From the NCBI GenBank assembly GCA_018238625.1, contig JABCSY010000120.1:1-11296 (forward strand): DNA of 11,296 nt, written 5' to 3'. Numbering within the stretch: the first letter of the stretch is position 1; the number at the start of each line of letters is the position of its first letter. Source of the stretch: Promethearchaeota archaeon (GTDB lineage Archaea; Asgardarchaeota; Lokiarchaeia; Sigyniarchaeales; SOKP01). Made by a program: the position numbers and the translations under genes. Positions 1 through 7,979 of this stretch are shown here, one piece after another. Under the pieces are notes generated by a model. That model had not been told where the DNA came from. It searched no databases and saw only the letters and a list, made by a program, of their open reading frames with translations.

Positions 1-389
1 ATTTTGGGCATTTTAATGAAATGATCTCCGAAATAATTACATAATTCGTTCCAAGACGTTAAATTTCTGTAATAAACTTTTTGCTCTGAGTCCGCTACAA
101 AAATAATCCCATCGATAGCTTGTAGTGTTATTGGTCTGGTAACTATATAGAAATCTTGTCCCGTTGTAGAATAAAGGTGTATTTTAAGGAGCCATTGTTG
201 GTTTTTGAACGTAATCGTTCCGTAATCAAAGAATAGCGTTCTACCTACGCTGCTCTCAACGCTTAACACTTCTTCATCCTTTCCAAAATGGTTAAAGAGC
301 GATTTCATAGTGGTTGTTTTCCCTGAAAGCGCGGGGCCAAAATAACAAATTTTTATTTGAATAGTTTGATTTAAATGATCTATTATCAT
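1..389 (-). CDS. MglA-like small GTPase (Ras superfamily), 3' end runs off the window
   Basis: Manual translation from ATG at 389: MIIDHLNQTIQIKICYFGPALSGKTTTMKSLF...VGRTLFFDYG...KIHLYSTTGQDFYIVTRPITLQAIDGIIFVADSE...; open to the edge. It has the P-loop GxxxxGKT and the MglA-type motifs RTLFFD, HLY...GQ and DGIIFVADS. Confidence 0.9.
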   Translation of the reverse strand, partial: MIIDHLNQTIQIKICYFGPALSGKTTTMKSLFNHFGKDEEVLSVESSVGRTLFFDYGTITFKNQQWLLKIHLYSTTGQDFYIVTRPITLQAIDGIIFVADSEQKVYYRNLTSWNELCNYFGDHFIKMPK

Positions 390-471
390 TTTCTACTTTT
401 TTAAATTGATTTTGTCTTATATTTTAATTAGAAGTATATTAATTTCGATTATTTTTCCTAAATCATAATTC

Positions 472-1212
472 CTATATATTAGAAGATTCGATTAAATTCT
501 CGATAGTTGGAACGAGATCTCCCATATTTTTTACAAAGAACGGAAATTGAGGTTCATGCTGGCCAGTTATACAAGCTTGAATGACATTTGTTCCCTCATT
601 TAGTGCATTATAAAGAAATCGGGGTTGATCATCAATAATGATCGCTTTTGTGGGATCCACTCTTGAATGGTTGAATAATGCTTTATAATAGTCTGGTCCA
701 GACTTCCATGTATTAATCAAATCTGGTCCATAAAACTCTACAAAATATTGGCTTACTCCCAATCCTTCTAAATACATCTTCATTTCAATAGAAACAGCCC
801 CAGATGCGGTATAAAGGATAAAACCTCTTGCGAAAAGTTGTTTAATACTATCAATTACTCCTGGTATGGCGGATCGGACTTTTGGTATTACATATTGGCT
901 TGCTGAATTATAAACTTCTTCGACATTTATTTCTTTGGGGGGAATCTTTCCAGCTTCTTTGAACATCCCTAGTACCATATTTTTCTTAAAATCATCATAA
1001 AAACTTTGGTAATCATCAAAATTCTCCTTCCCATCTCTCCAAAAAATATCAAAAAGCAAATTTATAAGCTTATGATTTGCTTCTCCCCATACTTCGGGAT
1101 CTCCACCAAATCTTGCAGAATAATATTCCCCTACAAACTTTTTCCATTGTTGTCCACGGATATTATTGTCATTTATAACCCCACCATCATCAAAGAAAAT
1201 CGTAATGGTCAT
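472..1212 (-). CDS. HAD-superfamily hydrolase/phosphatase
   Basis: Motif I-like IFFDDGGVI, motif II YTASG, motif III Lys (TWKSGP), motif IV IIIDDQ. Starts 20 bp after the stop of the upstream gene. Confidence 0.85.
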   Translation of the reverse strand: MTITIFFDDGGVINDNNIRGQQWKKFVGEYYSARFGGDPEVWGEANHKLINLLFDIFWRDGKENFDDYQSFYDDFKKNMVLGMFKEAGKIPPKEINVEEVYNSASQYVIPKVRSAIPGVIDSIKQLFARGFILYTASGAVSIEMKMYLEGLGVSQYFVEFYGPDLINTWKSGPDYYKALFNHSRVDPTKAIIIDDQPRFLYNALNEGTNVIQACITGQHEPQFPFFVKNMGDLVPTIENLIESSNI

Positions 1213-1232
1213 TTTTTCAACCTTTAATTGAT

Positions 1233-2291
1233 TTATTTAGTAGTTTTCACATCTTTAATAACTTCATATGTTCTATGTAAAAGCTCATAAGCAACTTGTG
1301 GAGGATTCCATCCTTTCAGCCCACAATCTGGTCCTACAAATTTAAGTCGGTCTCCATAATGTTCAAGAGCAAAAAGTAAATTCTTTTTGATGAATTCTTT
1401 TGAATCTATTAAGTTCATAGTTCCTTCAAACGTTTTGAGCTCATCAAGTGGGGTTCCAGCATCCAATTTTTCAGCCATTATACTATTAATATTTGTTCTC
1501 GTGATACCGACACGTATGAACTTATCGTGCTTTTCTAAGTCATTTTTTGGAATGATATTAGAATGATCAGAAGCGTATTCACAAGTGAGTACATCTATAT
1601 TTTTTGTCTGAATAGGAATTGAGTATTTTTTTAAAGTATGAAGGTGAATTTGGATAATAGCATCTATTCCTTCCACAGTTTTATCAAATGCTTTAATCAA
1701 CGCATCTTCTTCAATGTTAAACAGATCAACATACCCAAATGAGGGTTCATCTATTGAGATGACGGAATTTTGAAGATATTTAGTGTTTTTTATTGATTGT
1801 TTTAATATAGTATTAAGAGACTTAGCAAAATTGAGCGCTAAATCAGGATATATCGTAAATCCATGCTTTTTTATGTACAATTCTATGGGCCCGGTAATAC
1901 AAACTTTTAGTTTAAGCGCATTTCCAGTTCTTTCATAATAATCTTTCGCAAAGCGATCTAAAACGAAAAGTTCTGGAATAATAGCTTTTTTAGGATCAAT
2001 CAGAGAGGGCTCTACTTCATAATCTTCAATAGGTTTTAAAAATTGGGTGTACATGTCCATATGTTGGGGATAATTAATTATTTCTACTCCGGCATTTAAT
2101 TTTAACTGAAACGATTGGAGAAAGGGATGAATAAAAAAATTATAAATTCCTCTATTTTCAAATATATCTGCGTTATTTACAATTCCCTTGTATCCTGTCC
2201 AATAAAATTGCTTGAACTTGTCAAGATCAATGTAATCTGGTAGAGGGAAACTACCTACGTCATCAAATTGGGGAAATTCAAATTTATTCAT
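1233..2291 (-). CDS. Core methionine synthase (MetE C-terminal catalytic domain only, archaeal Mes-type)
   Basis: 352 aa, about half the length of MetE. Motifs DDVGSFPLP, NYPQ, ITGP, IDEPSFG, QIHLH, CEYA and GPDCGL. Confidence 0.82.
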   Translation of the reverse strand: MNKFEFPQFDDVGSFPLPDYIDLDKFKQFYWTGYKGIVNNADIFENRGIYNFFIHPFLQSFQLKLNAGVEIINYPQHMDMYTQFLKPIEDYEVEPSLIDPKKAIIPELFVLDRFAKDYYERTGNALKLKVCITGPIELYIKKHGFTIYPDLALNFAKSLNTILKQSIKNTKYLQNSVISIDEPSFGYVDLFNIEEDALIKAFDKTVEGIDAIIQIHLHTLKKYSIPIQTKNIDVLTCEYASDHSNIIPKNDLEKHDKFIRVGITRTNINSIMAEKLDAGTPLDELKTFEGTMNLIDSKEFIKKNLLFALEHYGDRLKFVGPDCGLKGWNPPQVAYELLHRTYEVIKDVKTTK

Positions 2292-2329
2292 TGATCAAAC
2301 ACAAACACTGATATCGTTAATCATAAATA

Positions 2330-2345
2330 ATCTGTTATAACAGAT
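2330..2345. promoter_or_regulatory. Perfect 16-bp palindrome ATCTGTTATAACAGAT in a divergent promoter; candidate operator/TATA element
   Basis: Exactly self-complementary and centred on TTATAA, within the 60-bp gap (2292-2351) between divergent start codons. Confidence 0.6.
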
Positions 2346-2351
2346 ATATTT

Positions 2352-3410
2352 ATGGAACGTGAGTTAATTAGTAAACAAATAAAAAGAAAGAAAAAACAGC
2401 AAATTGCTGAATTAGCGCTAGCTGCGAAAATTGCTAAGGAGAGAAATGGCAAGCCATTTATATTTCACTTTCTTACAACTTTAAAATGTAATTGCTTTTG
2501 TGAAACTTGTCTTTGGAAAAATAACACGAAAAAAGACGAACTAACGCTTGAGGAAATCAAGCGCATATATTTGGAGGCAAAAGAAGCGGGATTTTTAGTA
2601 ACTATTCTCTGGGGTGGAGAACCTCTCATTAGAAAAGATATTACGGAAATTATTAAGTTTGTCAAAAGGGAGTTAAAGTTTACAATTGTTGGAATAGTTA
2701 CGAATGGCTGGTTCCTTCCAGATAAAATCAAAGAATTTGGAGATGATATAGATTTTATTCTTATATCTCTGGACTCCCCTAGACCTGAAGAGCACGATCA
2801 GATTAGAGGGTTGCCTGGATTGTACGATAAAATAATGGATTCTGTTACTATTGTTAAAGAAAACTATCCATTGATTTCACTACAATTTAGCTTTTCAATT
2901 AGTAAATATAACATAAATCGCGTTGAGGAAATGATAGTTTTATCAGATAAAATTGGAATTCCTGTAGCTTTCAATGTAATAAATACTGTTCGCCATTATT
3001 CACATGGTGATGTAGATGAGAAAGGCATACTTTCTGCGAATGATGACGATATTAGTAAAGCATTTGAAAGAATTTTAGACGCTAAGAAGAACGGTTCGAA
3101 AGTATTAAATTCAGAAATGTATCTAAACCATTTTATTGGTGGCAAAAAGCAATATATCTGCCACACAAAGAAAGTGTTTATGTTTATAAATTATAACGGT
3201 GATATTGAGAACTGCCTTCAATTAGATAAACCTATAGCTAATCTACGACAAATTTCGGTTAAAGATGTGATGCAACTTCCTCAATTTGTTAAGTTCATTA
3301 AAGAGAGCGAGAAGTGTTGTAGCTGTAATTCTCCCACAATGATCGACACAAGTTATTTATGGGATGATATGAGACTGCTAACAAAATCAGGAGGTATTTC
3401 ATTTGGTTAG
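2352..3410 (+). CDS. Radical SAM protein with C-terminal SPASM/twitch-like domain
   Basis: CxxxCxxC (CNCFCETC), GGEP, TNG and ISLDS motifs; C-terminal C-x12-G-x4-C followed by CCSC. Confidence 0.9.
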   Translation: MERELISKQIKRKKKQQIAELALAAKIAKERNGKPFIFHFLTTLKCNCFCETCLWKNNTKKDELTLEEIKRIYLEAKEAGFLVTILWGGEPLIRKDITEIIKFVKRELKFTIVGIVTNGWFLPDKIKEFGDDIDFILISLDSPRPEEHDQIRGLPGLYDKIMDSVTIVKENYPLISLQFSFSISKYNINRVEEMIVLSDKIGIPVAFNVINTVRHYSHGDVDEKGILSANDDDISKAFERILDAKKNGSKVLNSEMYLNHFIGGKKQYICHTKKVFMFINYNGDIENCLQLDKPIANLRQISVKDVMQLPQFVKFIKESEKCCSCNSPTMIDTSYLWDDMRLLTKSGGISFG

Positions 3411-3426
3411 ATTTTTATTATATCAT

Positions 3427-5355
3427 CTAATAGTATTTCTCTATTAGAAGATCTATTTCCTCCTCAACTAAATCAAAAAGTATAAAAAATAAAATGTCTA
3501 AAATCCTTTGGGGGTTTTTTTCATTTCTTATTTGAGAATATGCATGGGGAGATAATTCCTTTAACATATCCAATTTGGTTTTTTCTATGGAAACAATATT
3601 TTGGATTATATTTGAAGTGAAATATCGAATTAAATCAATAATTCCTAATTTATATTTAGACTGAAATAGTTTAATATTAGGTATTGGTATTTCCTCTTCT
3701 AATTTAGTCTTACTTCTCTTTATCGTTATATTTTTAGCCCTAAATAAAAATTTTACAATTTTTGAATTAAGGTAAGCAAGAAGAAATAAGTGATCAATAT
3801 CGTTCTTCCCTTCCCTTAACCACAAGAAATAAGTATCAGATGTGGCATAATACGAATCTTTAGTGTATCCAAACACATTTGATTTGGATATATAACTAAA
3901 AAACATTTTAGGTTCCTTATCATAATAAGGTTCGAGATTTATTAATTTTCTTTTATTTCCAGTATCAGACTGAGTAATATAACTTCCTCTTCGTGGAAAA
4001 TACAAATCTTCTACGTTTTCTTTTGCGTTTTTTAAAGTCTTTTCCAATTCCTCTTTATATTGATGTAAATAGGACGTTAGTGTGGGGTATTTTTCCATAA
4101 AAAACCCATTTCTTTTAGTTTTATCTCGATTTGAAAATTCTTCTTTATTAAAATATATGAGATAACCACTAAAACCTTTCATTTCATAGCCATGAGGCCT
4201 AATAACCCTACTCTTATAAATTTTTTTTAGTCGTTTCTTTTCTTCCTCGTTTAATTTAACAAATTCACCCTTGATTTTGACGAATACTTCATTATCCCTA
4301 AGTTTTAGATTCTCGTTAGGATTTAAAATAAAGATCTCGTCTTTAATTAATATAAGCCCATTTCTGATAATAAAATAATCTTTTAAGAAGCTAGTTTTAC
4401 CTTTTACTATGCAAAAGGACTTAATTTTATCAACGATATTTTTTACTTCAGTTGGATACAAAAGATTCCAACTACCTTTACTATTTAACTCTCTGTTAGT
4501 TAAGGCAGATTGATATCGCGTAATAGATTTGTGATTTAAGGAGTGTTTCAAGGAATGATTCAATGTGTCAAAAATAGCTTTATTAGAGTTGTCATCAAAT
4601 TGATTTTGAGGTTTAGAACTTGAAACTTGTACTACTTCTATTTTCCTATTTGTTTTTTTCAGCTTATCGTTTTCTGTCTTCTTTTGAAGCGAAAAAATAC
4701 AGTTATGTTGTCCAAGAGCATCTCTAAATACTCTTAGTCTCGATAAGTCAATATATTGAATTAAAAAACACTCGTCTAATATGTGTGGTTTCAAAAATTT
4801 AATACCTGTTTTCTGAGATTTAGTAATCCAATAATTTGTTGTGATATAAGTAAGAATTCCCCCCGGTTTCAACTTAGCTATTCCAAGGTGGATAAAGAAA
4901 TAAAACAAGTCCATATTACCAACGAAGTATTCGCGACAAAAGGGATACTTTTTTATCAAGTTCTGAAAAACTTTTGAGTTATAATTTTGACCTAAGTAAG
5001 GCGGGTTCCCAATTATAACATCGAATTTTTCGTTAATATCAGAACCTAAAAAATTTTCAAAACGAAATTGAACATTAGGATAATTTTTAACCAATTGCGA
5101 TTTTAAACGATTATCAATTTCATACGCAGTTATGTTTGTGAGATTATTTTTCAAGAGATATTTTAAAAAAACGCCCTCCCCTGTCGTAGGGTCGAGAACC
5201 TTTAAATCGTTAATTGCAATACTAAATTTATCTTCATAGTTTACAGTTTTAAGGAGCTCGAGAACATTTGAAACCATAAACTTAGCGATATAGCTAGGTG
5301 TAAAAACTTGTCCGATAGCGGCGTTTTGTTGTTTTATATCCTTTTTTGTATCCAT
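3427..5355 (-). CDS. N6-adenine DNA methyltransferase, gamma class (TaqI/Eco57I-like), with C-terminal target recognition domain
   Basis: Motif X GQVFTP, motif I VLDPTTGEGVF and motif IV DVIIGNPPY in gamma order; TaqI_C-like LLAYLNS in the C-terminal region. Confidence 0.9.
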   Translation of the reverse strand: MDTKKDIKQQNAAIGQVFTPSYIAKFMVSNVLELLKTVNYEDKFSIAINDLKVLDPTTGEGVFLKYLLKNNLTNITAYEIDNRLKSQLVKNYPNVQFRFENFLGSDINEKFDVIIGNPPYLGQNYNSKVFQNLIKKYPFCREYFVGNMDLFYFFIHLGIAKLKPGGILTYITTNYWITKSQKTGIKFLKPHILDECFLIQYIDLSRLRVFRDALGQHNCIFSLQKKTENDKLKKTNRKIEVVQVSSSKPQNQFDDNSNKAIFDTLNHSLKHSLNHKSITRYQSALTNRELNSKGSWNLLYPTEVKNIVDKIKSFCIVKGKTSFLKDYFIIRNGLILIKDEIFILNPNENLKLRDNEVFVKIKGEFVKLNEEEKKRLKKIYKSRVIRPHGYEMKGFSGYLIYFNKEEFSNRDKTKRNGFFMEKYPTLTSYLHQYKEELEKTLKNAKENVEDLYFPRRGSYITQSDTGNKRKLINLEPYYDKEPKMFFSYISKSNVFGYTKDSYYATSDTYFLWLREGKNDIDHLFLLAYLNSKIVKFLFRAKNITIKRSKTKLEEEIPIPNIKLFQSKYKLGIIDLIRYFTSNIIQNIVSIEKTKLDMLKELSPHAYSQIRNEKNPQRILDILFFILFDLVEEEIDLLIEKYY

Positions 5356-5948
5356 CTAATCTTAATATTAGTTTATAACCTCTAAAAAGGTGATGTTTTT
5401 CTAAAAAGAAAGGAAAATTGTTAAATACTATAATAATGTGTATTTTAATGGTGAAATAAAACTGGAAAAAAAAAATACTAAAAAGTTGGAATTTCCCATT
5501 TCATCTAAAACAGGAGAACCATTAAAGCCATTTATAAAACCATGGGGTACATTATTCCTAGGTATCACATTTATTACATTGGGATTTTTTAATTGGTGGC
5601 GTTCATATTCTTGGTATCCCTTCCCAGTTTTTACTAACTTTACTAACTTTTTACTTTTTATTTTTTTATTAGTTGAAGGGTGTGTATTGATTTATCGTGC
5701 AAAACTAGGGAATAAACATGTGCTGGCTCACCAAATAATCTTATTAATAAACAGTTTCTTTATAGTATTTATGGGATTTGTTTTTTCAATAATCTTTTGG
5801 TCAATACCTGGTCTATTGGGCATGGTATACGGTACTTCAATCATTATATCTATTTTGGTCTACATTATTGCTTGTTTATATGATCTCGTGAGGTTGGAAA
5901 AATACAAGGTTAAAAATTAAGTCATTAGAAGAGATCGTAACTACATTA
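5301..5948. repeat. Tandem duplication, copy 1 (648 bp)
   Basis: Aligns with 5957-6595 at offset 656 from the left end. Covers the first 55 nt of the MTase gene, the divergent promoter, the membrane gene and 28 nt downstream. Confidence 0.95.
5438..5920 (+). CDS. Hypothetical ~4-TM membrane protein, paralog 1 (start uncertain: GTG 5438, or CTG 5462 after an SD-like GGTGA)
   Basis: Four hydrophobic segments with basic termini and a basic middle loop. The frame is preserved relative to paralog 2 and several differences are synonymous. Confidence 0.82.
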   Translation: MYFNGEIKLEKKNTKKLEFPISSKTGEPLKPFIKPWGTLFLGITFITLGFFNWWRSYSWYPFPVFTNFTNFLLFIFLLVEGCVLIYRAKLGNKHVLAHQIILLINSFFIVFMGFVFSIIFWSIPGLLGMVYGTSIIISILVYIIACLYDLVRLEKYKVKN

Positions 5949-6011
5949 AAGATAAATAAAAATTTGTCCAATAACGGCGCTTTGTTGGTTTATATCCTTT
6001 TGTGTATCCAT
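5946..6011 (-). pseudogene. Duplicated 5' remnant of the DNA methyltransferase (21-aa mini-ORF)
   Basis: MDTQKDINQQSAVIGQIFIYL* versus MTase N-terminus MDTKKDIKQQNAAIGQVFTP; 6 mismatches in 55 nt. Confidence 0.85.
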
Positions 6012-6595
6012 CTAATCTTAATATTAGTTTATAACCTCTAAAAAGGTGATGTTTTTCTAAAAAGAAAGGAAAATAGTTAAAAACTATGATAATGTGTATT
6101 ATAACGGTGGAATAAAACTGGAAAAAAAAAATACTAAAAAGTTGGAATTACCCATTTCATCTAAAACAGGAGAACCATTAAAACCATTTATAAAACCTGG
6201 GGGTGCATTACTACTAGGTATCACATTTATTGTCTGGGGGGTTTATTATTGGTGGGCACATATAAATTCTTGGGGAACCTTACCAGCTTTGAATATCTTT
6301 TCACCTTTTTTTTTAGTTGAAGGGTGTGTATCGATTTTTCGTGCAAAACTCGGGAACAAACACGTGCTGGCTCATCAAATAATAGTATTAATAAACGGTT
6401 TCTTTATGTTATTTATGGGATTTGTTTTTTCAATAATCCTATGGTCAACACCTGGTCTATTGTACAATGTAATGGGTATTATAATTATTATAACATTTAC
6501 TTTGGGCTCCATTATTCTTTGTTTATATTGGCCTGTGAAGTTGGAAAAATACAAGGTTAAAAATTAAGTCATTAGAAGAGATCGTAACTACATTA
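5957..6595. repeat. Tandem duplication, copy 2 (639 bp)
   Basis: Direct alignment to 5301-5948. An 8-bp junction AAGATAAA (5949-5956) separates the copies, and both end in GTCATTAGAAGAGATCGTAACTACATTA. Confidence 0.95.
6094..6567 (+). CDS. Hypothetical ~4-TM membrane protein, paralog 2 (start uncertain: GTG 6094 or CTG 6118)
   Basis: Paralog of 5438-5920, sharing PISSKTGEPLKPFIKP, RAKLGNKHVLAHQII and LEKYKVKN. Confidence 0.82.
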   Translation: MYYNGGIKLEKKNTKKLELPISSKTGEPLKPFIKPGGALLLGITFIVWGVYYWWAHINSWGTLPALNIFSPFFLVEGCVSIFRAKLGNKHVLAHQIIVLINGFFMLFMGFVFSIILWSTPGLLYNVMGIIIIITFTLGSIILCLYWPVKLEKYKVKN

Positions 6596-6754
6596 TCTAT
6601 AAACGAAATATTACTAAGTCAGACTAATGCTCAATCTAAATTTCTAGCCGCTTGTTTTGGGGCGAATATTTATATCACTATTAGAATTTTTATTAATGAA
6701 TTAAAAGAAGTCTGAAATGTTTTCTTTGAAAAATAGATTAATGTTTATTTCCTC

Positions 6755-6763
6755 TTTTTTTTT
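6755..6763 (+). terminator. Possible oligo-T terminator
   Basis: T9 run between the convergent paralog 2 and histidine kinase genes. Confidence 0.3.
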
Positions 6764-6809
6764 GAGACAAAGTTCTAAACCCTAGAGGATTTTATAACCT
6801 AATTGAGAT

Positions 6810-7979
6810 TTATAGTGCTTCAGGGATTAAAAAAACAAAATTACTTCCTTTAGTGTAATCGCCTTTAACTCTATCTTCCATCCAGATTTCACCATTATAA
6901 CTACTTATAATTTTTTTCACGAGCGATAATCCTAAACCCATTCCGTTCGTTTTCTTAATGAAATCTTTTCTCCTAGTAAAAATAGTTTCTTTTCTCTCAT
7001 CGCTAATTCCGCGTCCATTGTCTTTAAATTCAAATTTAATTAACTTCTTGTTATTTTCACATATTTTTGAAACTTTTACAGATATCTCAACATTGGGATT
7101 ATCGCTATGTCTTATAGAATTAATCAAAAGGTTTTCAAATACATCCAGTAATAGATCATTAGCATCAATATACAAATCAACGTCTCCTAATTCAGTATCA
7201 ACCTGGATATGTTTATTTTGAAAACTCTGCTTAATATATTTGATAGCTTCTTTTAAAAAATTATTAATATTAGTCTTCTTAAGGTTTATTTCAGAATCGT
7301 CAATTTTAGACAATTTGTGGGCGTTAGAAATTAATTTAACCCCTCTGGCTATTTGCTTTTTACTCAGCTCATTTAATTCATTGATTTTATTCAATTTTTC
7401 AGGAGAATTAATGTATAATGAGCTTAACTCCAGAGAAGAATTGATCACTTGAAGGATGTTATTTATATCGTGAACTACCAAATCGCCGTAAAGATTAGCT
7501 CTTTCATACGCTATACGATATCTTACTTCTGACTCTTTTAATTTTTCTTCTGCGTTTTTTCTATCAGTTATATCGATATGGTAGGCAGTAAAATATCTTG
7601 GCTTGGCTTTGTCATCAAAAATTGTGTTGATAGTTAATATTACATTAATTAATTTCCCATTTTTTCTCTTGTTTATTATTTCGCCACGCCAAAAGCCAAT
7701 TTTTGGATCTAAAATTACGTCCCACATTTTTACAAAAAAATCTAAACTCATTTTACCAGAATTTAAGGCTCTAGGATTTTCCCCTATAACCTCCTCTTGT
7801 GAATATCCATAATATTCGGTAAAAGCTTTGTTGACTTGTAAAATATGTACATCTTGATTTATAAATTCAGCTATGACTTGTGAGTTTGGAGATCCTTCAA
7901 AACCTTTTTTAAAGAGCTCTAAATGGAACTTTCCATTTTTTCTATCTATATATTCATCTTGTGGTGTATGTATTTTCAT
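6810..7979 (-). CDS. Soluble PAS-domain sensor histidine kinase
   Basis: PAS/PAC (VNKAFTEYYGYSQEEVIGEN...DITDRK), H-box VHDINNILQ, N-box VFENLLINS, G1 DNGRGI, G2 GMGLGL; no TM segment. Confidence 0.95.
   Translation of the reverse strand: MKIHTPQDEYIDRKNGKFHLELFKKGFEGSPNSQVIAEFINQDVHILQVNKAFTEYYGYSQEEVIGENPRALNSGKMSLDFFVKMWDVILDPKIGFWRGEIINKRKNGKLINVILTINTIFDDKAKPRYFTAYHIDITDRKNAEEKLKESEVRYRIAYERANLYGDLVVHDINNILQVINSSLELSSLYINSPEKLNKINELNELSKKQIARGVKLISNAHKLSKIDDSEINLKKTNINNFLKEAIKYIKQSFQNKHIQVDTELGDVDLYIDANDLLLDVFENLLINSIRHSDNPNVEISVKVSKICENNKKLIKFEFKDNGRGISDERKETIFTRRKDFIKKTNGMGLGLSLVKKIISSYNGEIWMEDRVKGDYTKGSNFVFLIPEAL

Noticed and set aside
2373-2400. NLS-like basic patch KQIKRKKKQ in the radical SAM N-terminus
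   Set aside because: Lys-rich stretches are expected from AT-rich codon bias, and there is no other support.
5438-6567. Diversity-generating retroelement TR/VR pair
   Set aside because: Differences are not adenine-specific in either direction (many T/C and T/G changes, plus indels), both copies are full ORFs, and no reverse transcriptase is present.
5301-6595. IS element, composite transposon or CRISPR array
   Set aside because: No transposase, terminal inverted repeats, target-site duplication or repeat-spacer periodicity; it is a simple two-copy duplication.
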